Source of the DNA: Savitreella phatthalungensis
Taxonomy: Eukaryota
Direction of reading: 5' to 3'
Length of the DNA stretch: 64,000 nucleotides
NCBI GenBank assembly: GCA_051599415.1
Contig: AP039713.1
Location: 124,001-188,000, forward strand
The translations under genes and the position numbers were made by a program. The notes beneath the pieces were generated by a model. The model was not told where the DNA came from and did no database searches. It worked only from the letters and a program-made list of their open reading frames with translations. Below are positions 63,120 to 64,000 of this stretch, piece after piece. The first letter of the stretch is position 1. The number at the start of each line of letters is the position of its first letter.

Positions 63120-63900
63120 TCAGGTCTGAGTATATTGGAGTGGAGAAAGAGACTGAACGTTGTCAATGAGATGACCCCCTAGTGATTCCTGCTATGGCGT
63201 TTGATGGAGAATGTAGTGTATGTACTTGTGGGTGTGCGTGTACGCGTGTATGCCTATACGTACGCCTGTGTATGGGTTCTTACGTCTACGGGGTGTCAAC
63301 CAGTGTGCATTCAATCGATCGCGTGCATTCTTGCCCACATGCATGCAATCGACCATACTGAATCACTTTAACTTTGAGTAAAATTTGAAGGTTAAAATTC
63401 AAGATTCAGCTTATTATTTTGATGTCAGCCTGGATTCATGGACACAATTAATGGGAAGCATATAAATTCAGTATCCAATATCTATTGAAATCCAACTCTA
63501 GTACAATCGATTCGATATAAGATTCAAGAGATTGAGTACGACCCAATTCATGTCATCGAAATGATCCATTCGGTTGAGTCGTAAAAATCCGTCATAATCG
63601 ATCATAGATGGATTCGTTATCGTCATTAGATGATTAAGCCTCCTAAAATGGGAGCTTTATTGATTGGGATTCTTCCGAATAGCACGGCCCATGCATCCAT
63701 TAAAATTCAACAGACCCGCGGCGAGTTCCAGCTAACAATCAAGAGCAGGATCAATGGCGAAATATGGAAGACCAATCGTCTCAGATCGACGTATACGTAA
63801 TTAATGATTGATTTAATTGAACTTTGGGATTTGAGTCATTACAATTGTATATATCTGAAACACTCGGTCCTTACAAATCGTACTCGTCTTCCGAATCCAA

Positions 63901-64000
63901 CGCACAGCACAGCACAGCACAGCACACAGCACATACACACACTCTCTACAGCATCAGCATCAGCATCAGCAGCGCACATACACTTACACACACACGCGCA
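63901..64000. repeat. Compound simple repeats: (CACAG)n, (CAGCAT)n, (CA)n
   Basis: Visible at the end of the window. Confidence 0.85.

Noticed and set aside
62298..63182. 294-aa plus-strand ORF starting in the MULE TIR, and other long antisense ORFs (e.g. 15147-16040, 32112-32939, 55860-56678)
   Set aside because: Antisense shadows of well-supported genes with biased codon use, mostly without an ATG start or any recognisable motif.
63230..63270. GTGCGTGTA upstream of PRE1 resembles the MULE TIR repeat unit
   Set aside because: Only a 9-10 bp match inside an alternating purine/pyrimidine low-complexity tract.

Overview
Gene-dense, intron-poor fungal chromosome segment. The coding style suggests an ascomycete, possibly Taphrinomycotina; this is an inference and was not tested. 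It holds about 33 mostly housekeeping genes: Rrp47/C1D, EPT1/CPT1, SUR7-like, otubain, a bHLH factor, FCY2-like permease, DBP9, ATP18, zeta- and gamma-COP, subtilisin, PDCD5, a SET methyltransferase, ERD2-like, ornithine aminotransferase-like, Tea1/Kel1, SLD5, Xaa-Pro aminopeptidase, ERG3, CDC73, MON1, RPN5, VMA22, TIM17, PMT, a PA-RING ligase, RRP40 and PRE1. There is one intron-containing tRNA-Ala(CGC). Two DNA transposons look intact: a pogo/Fot1-type element (42-bp TIRs, TA duplication) and a Mutator/MULE element (50-bp TIRs, perfect 9-bp duplication). The most unusual signals are: (1) alternating C/A-rich and G/T-rich blocks with a period of about 400 bp running through coding genes; (2) a long hairpin with C/D-box-like motifs that covers the branch point of an ATP18 intron; (3) an apparent +1 frameshift in the SUR7-like gene; (4) CACGTG E-boxes in most promoters and in the pogo TIRs; (5) a 187-codon in-frame N-terminal extension on PMT, with an unannotated micro-exon transcript just upstream. 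I found no clear-cut new multi-gene system. All product calls come from recognising motifs by eye, not from database searches.
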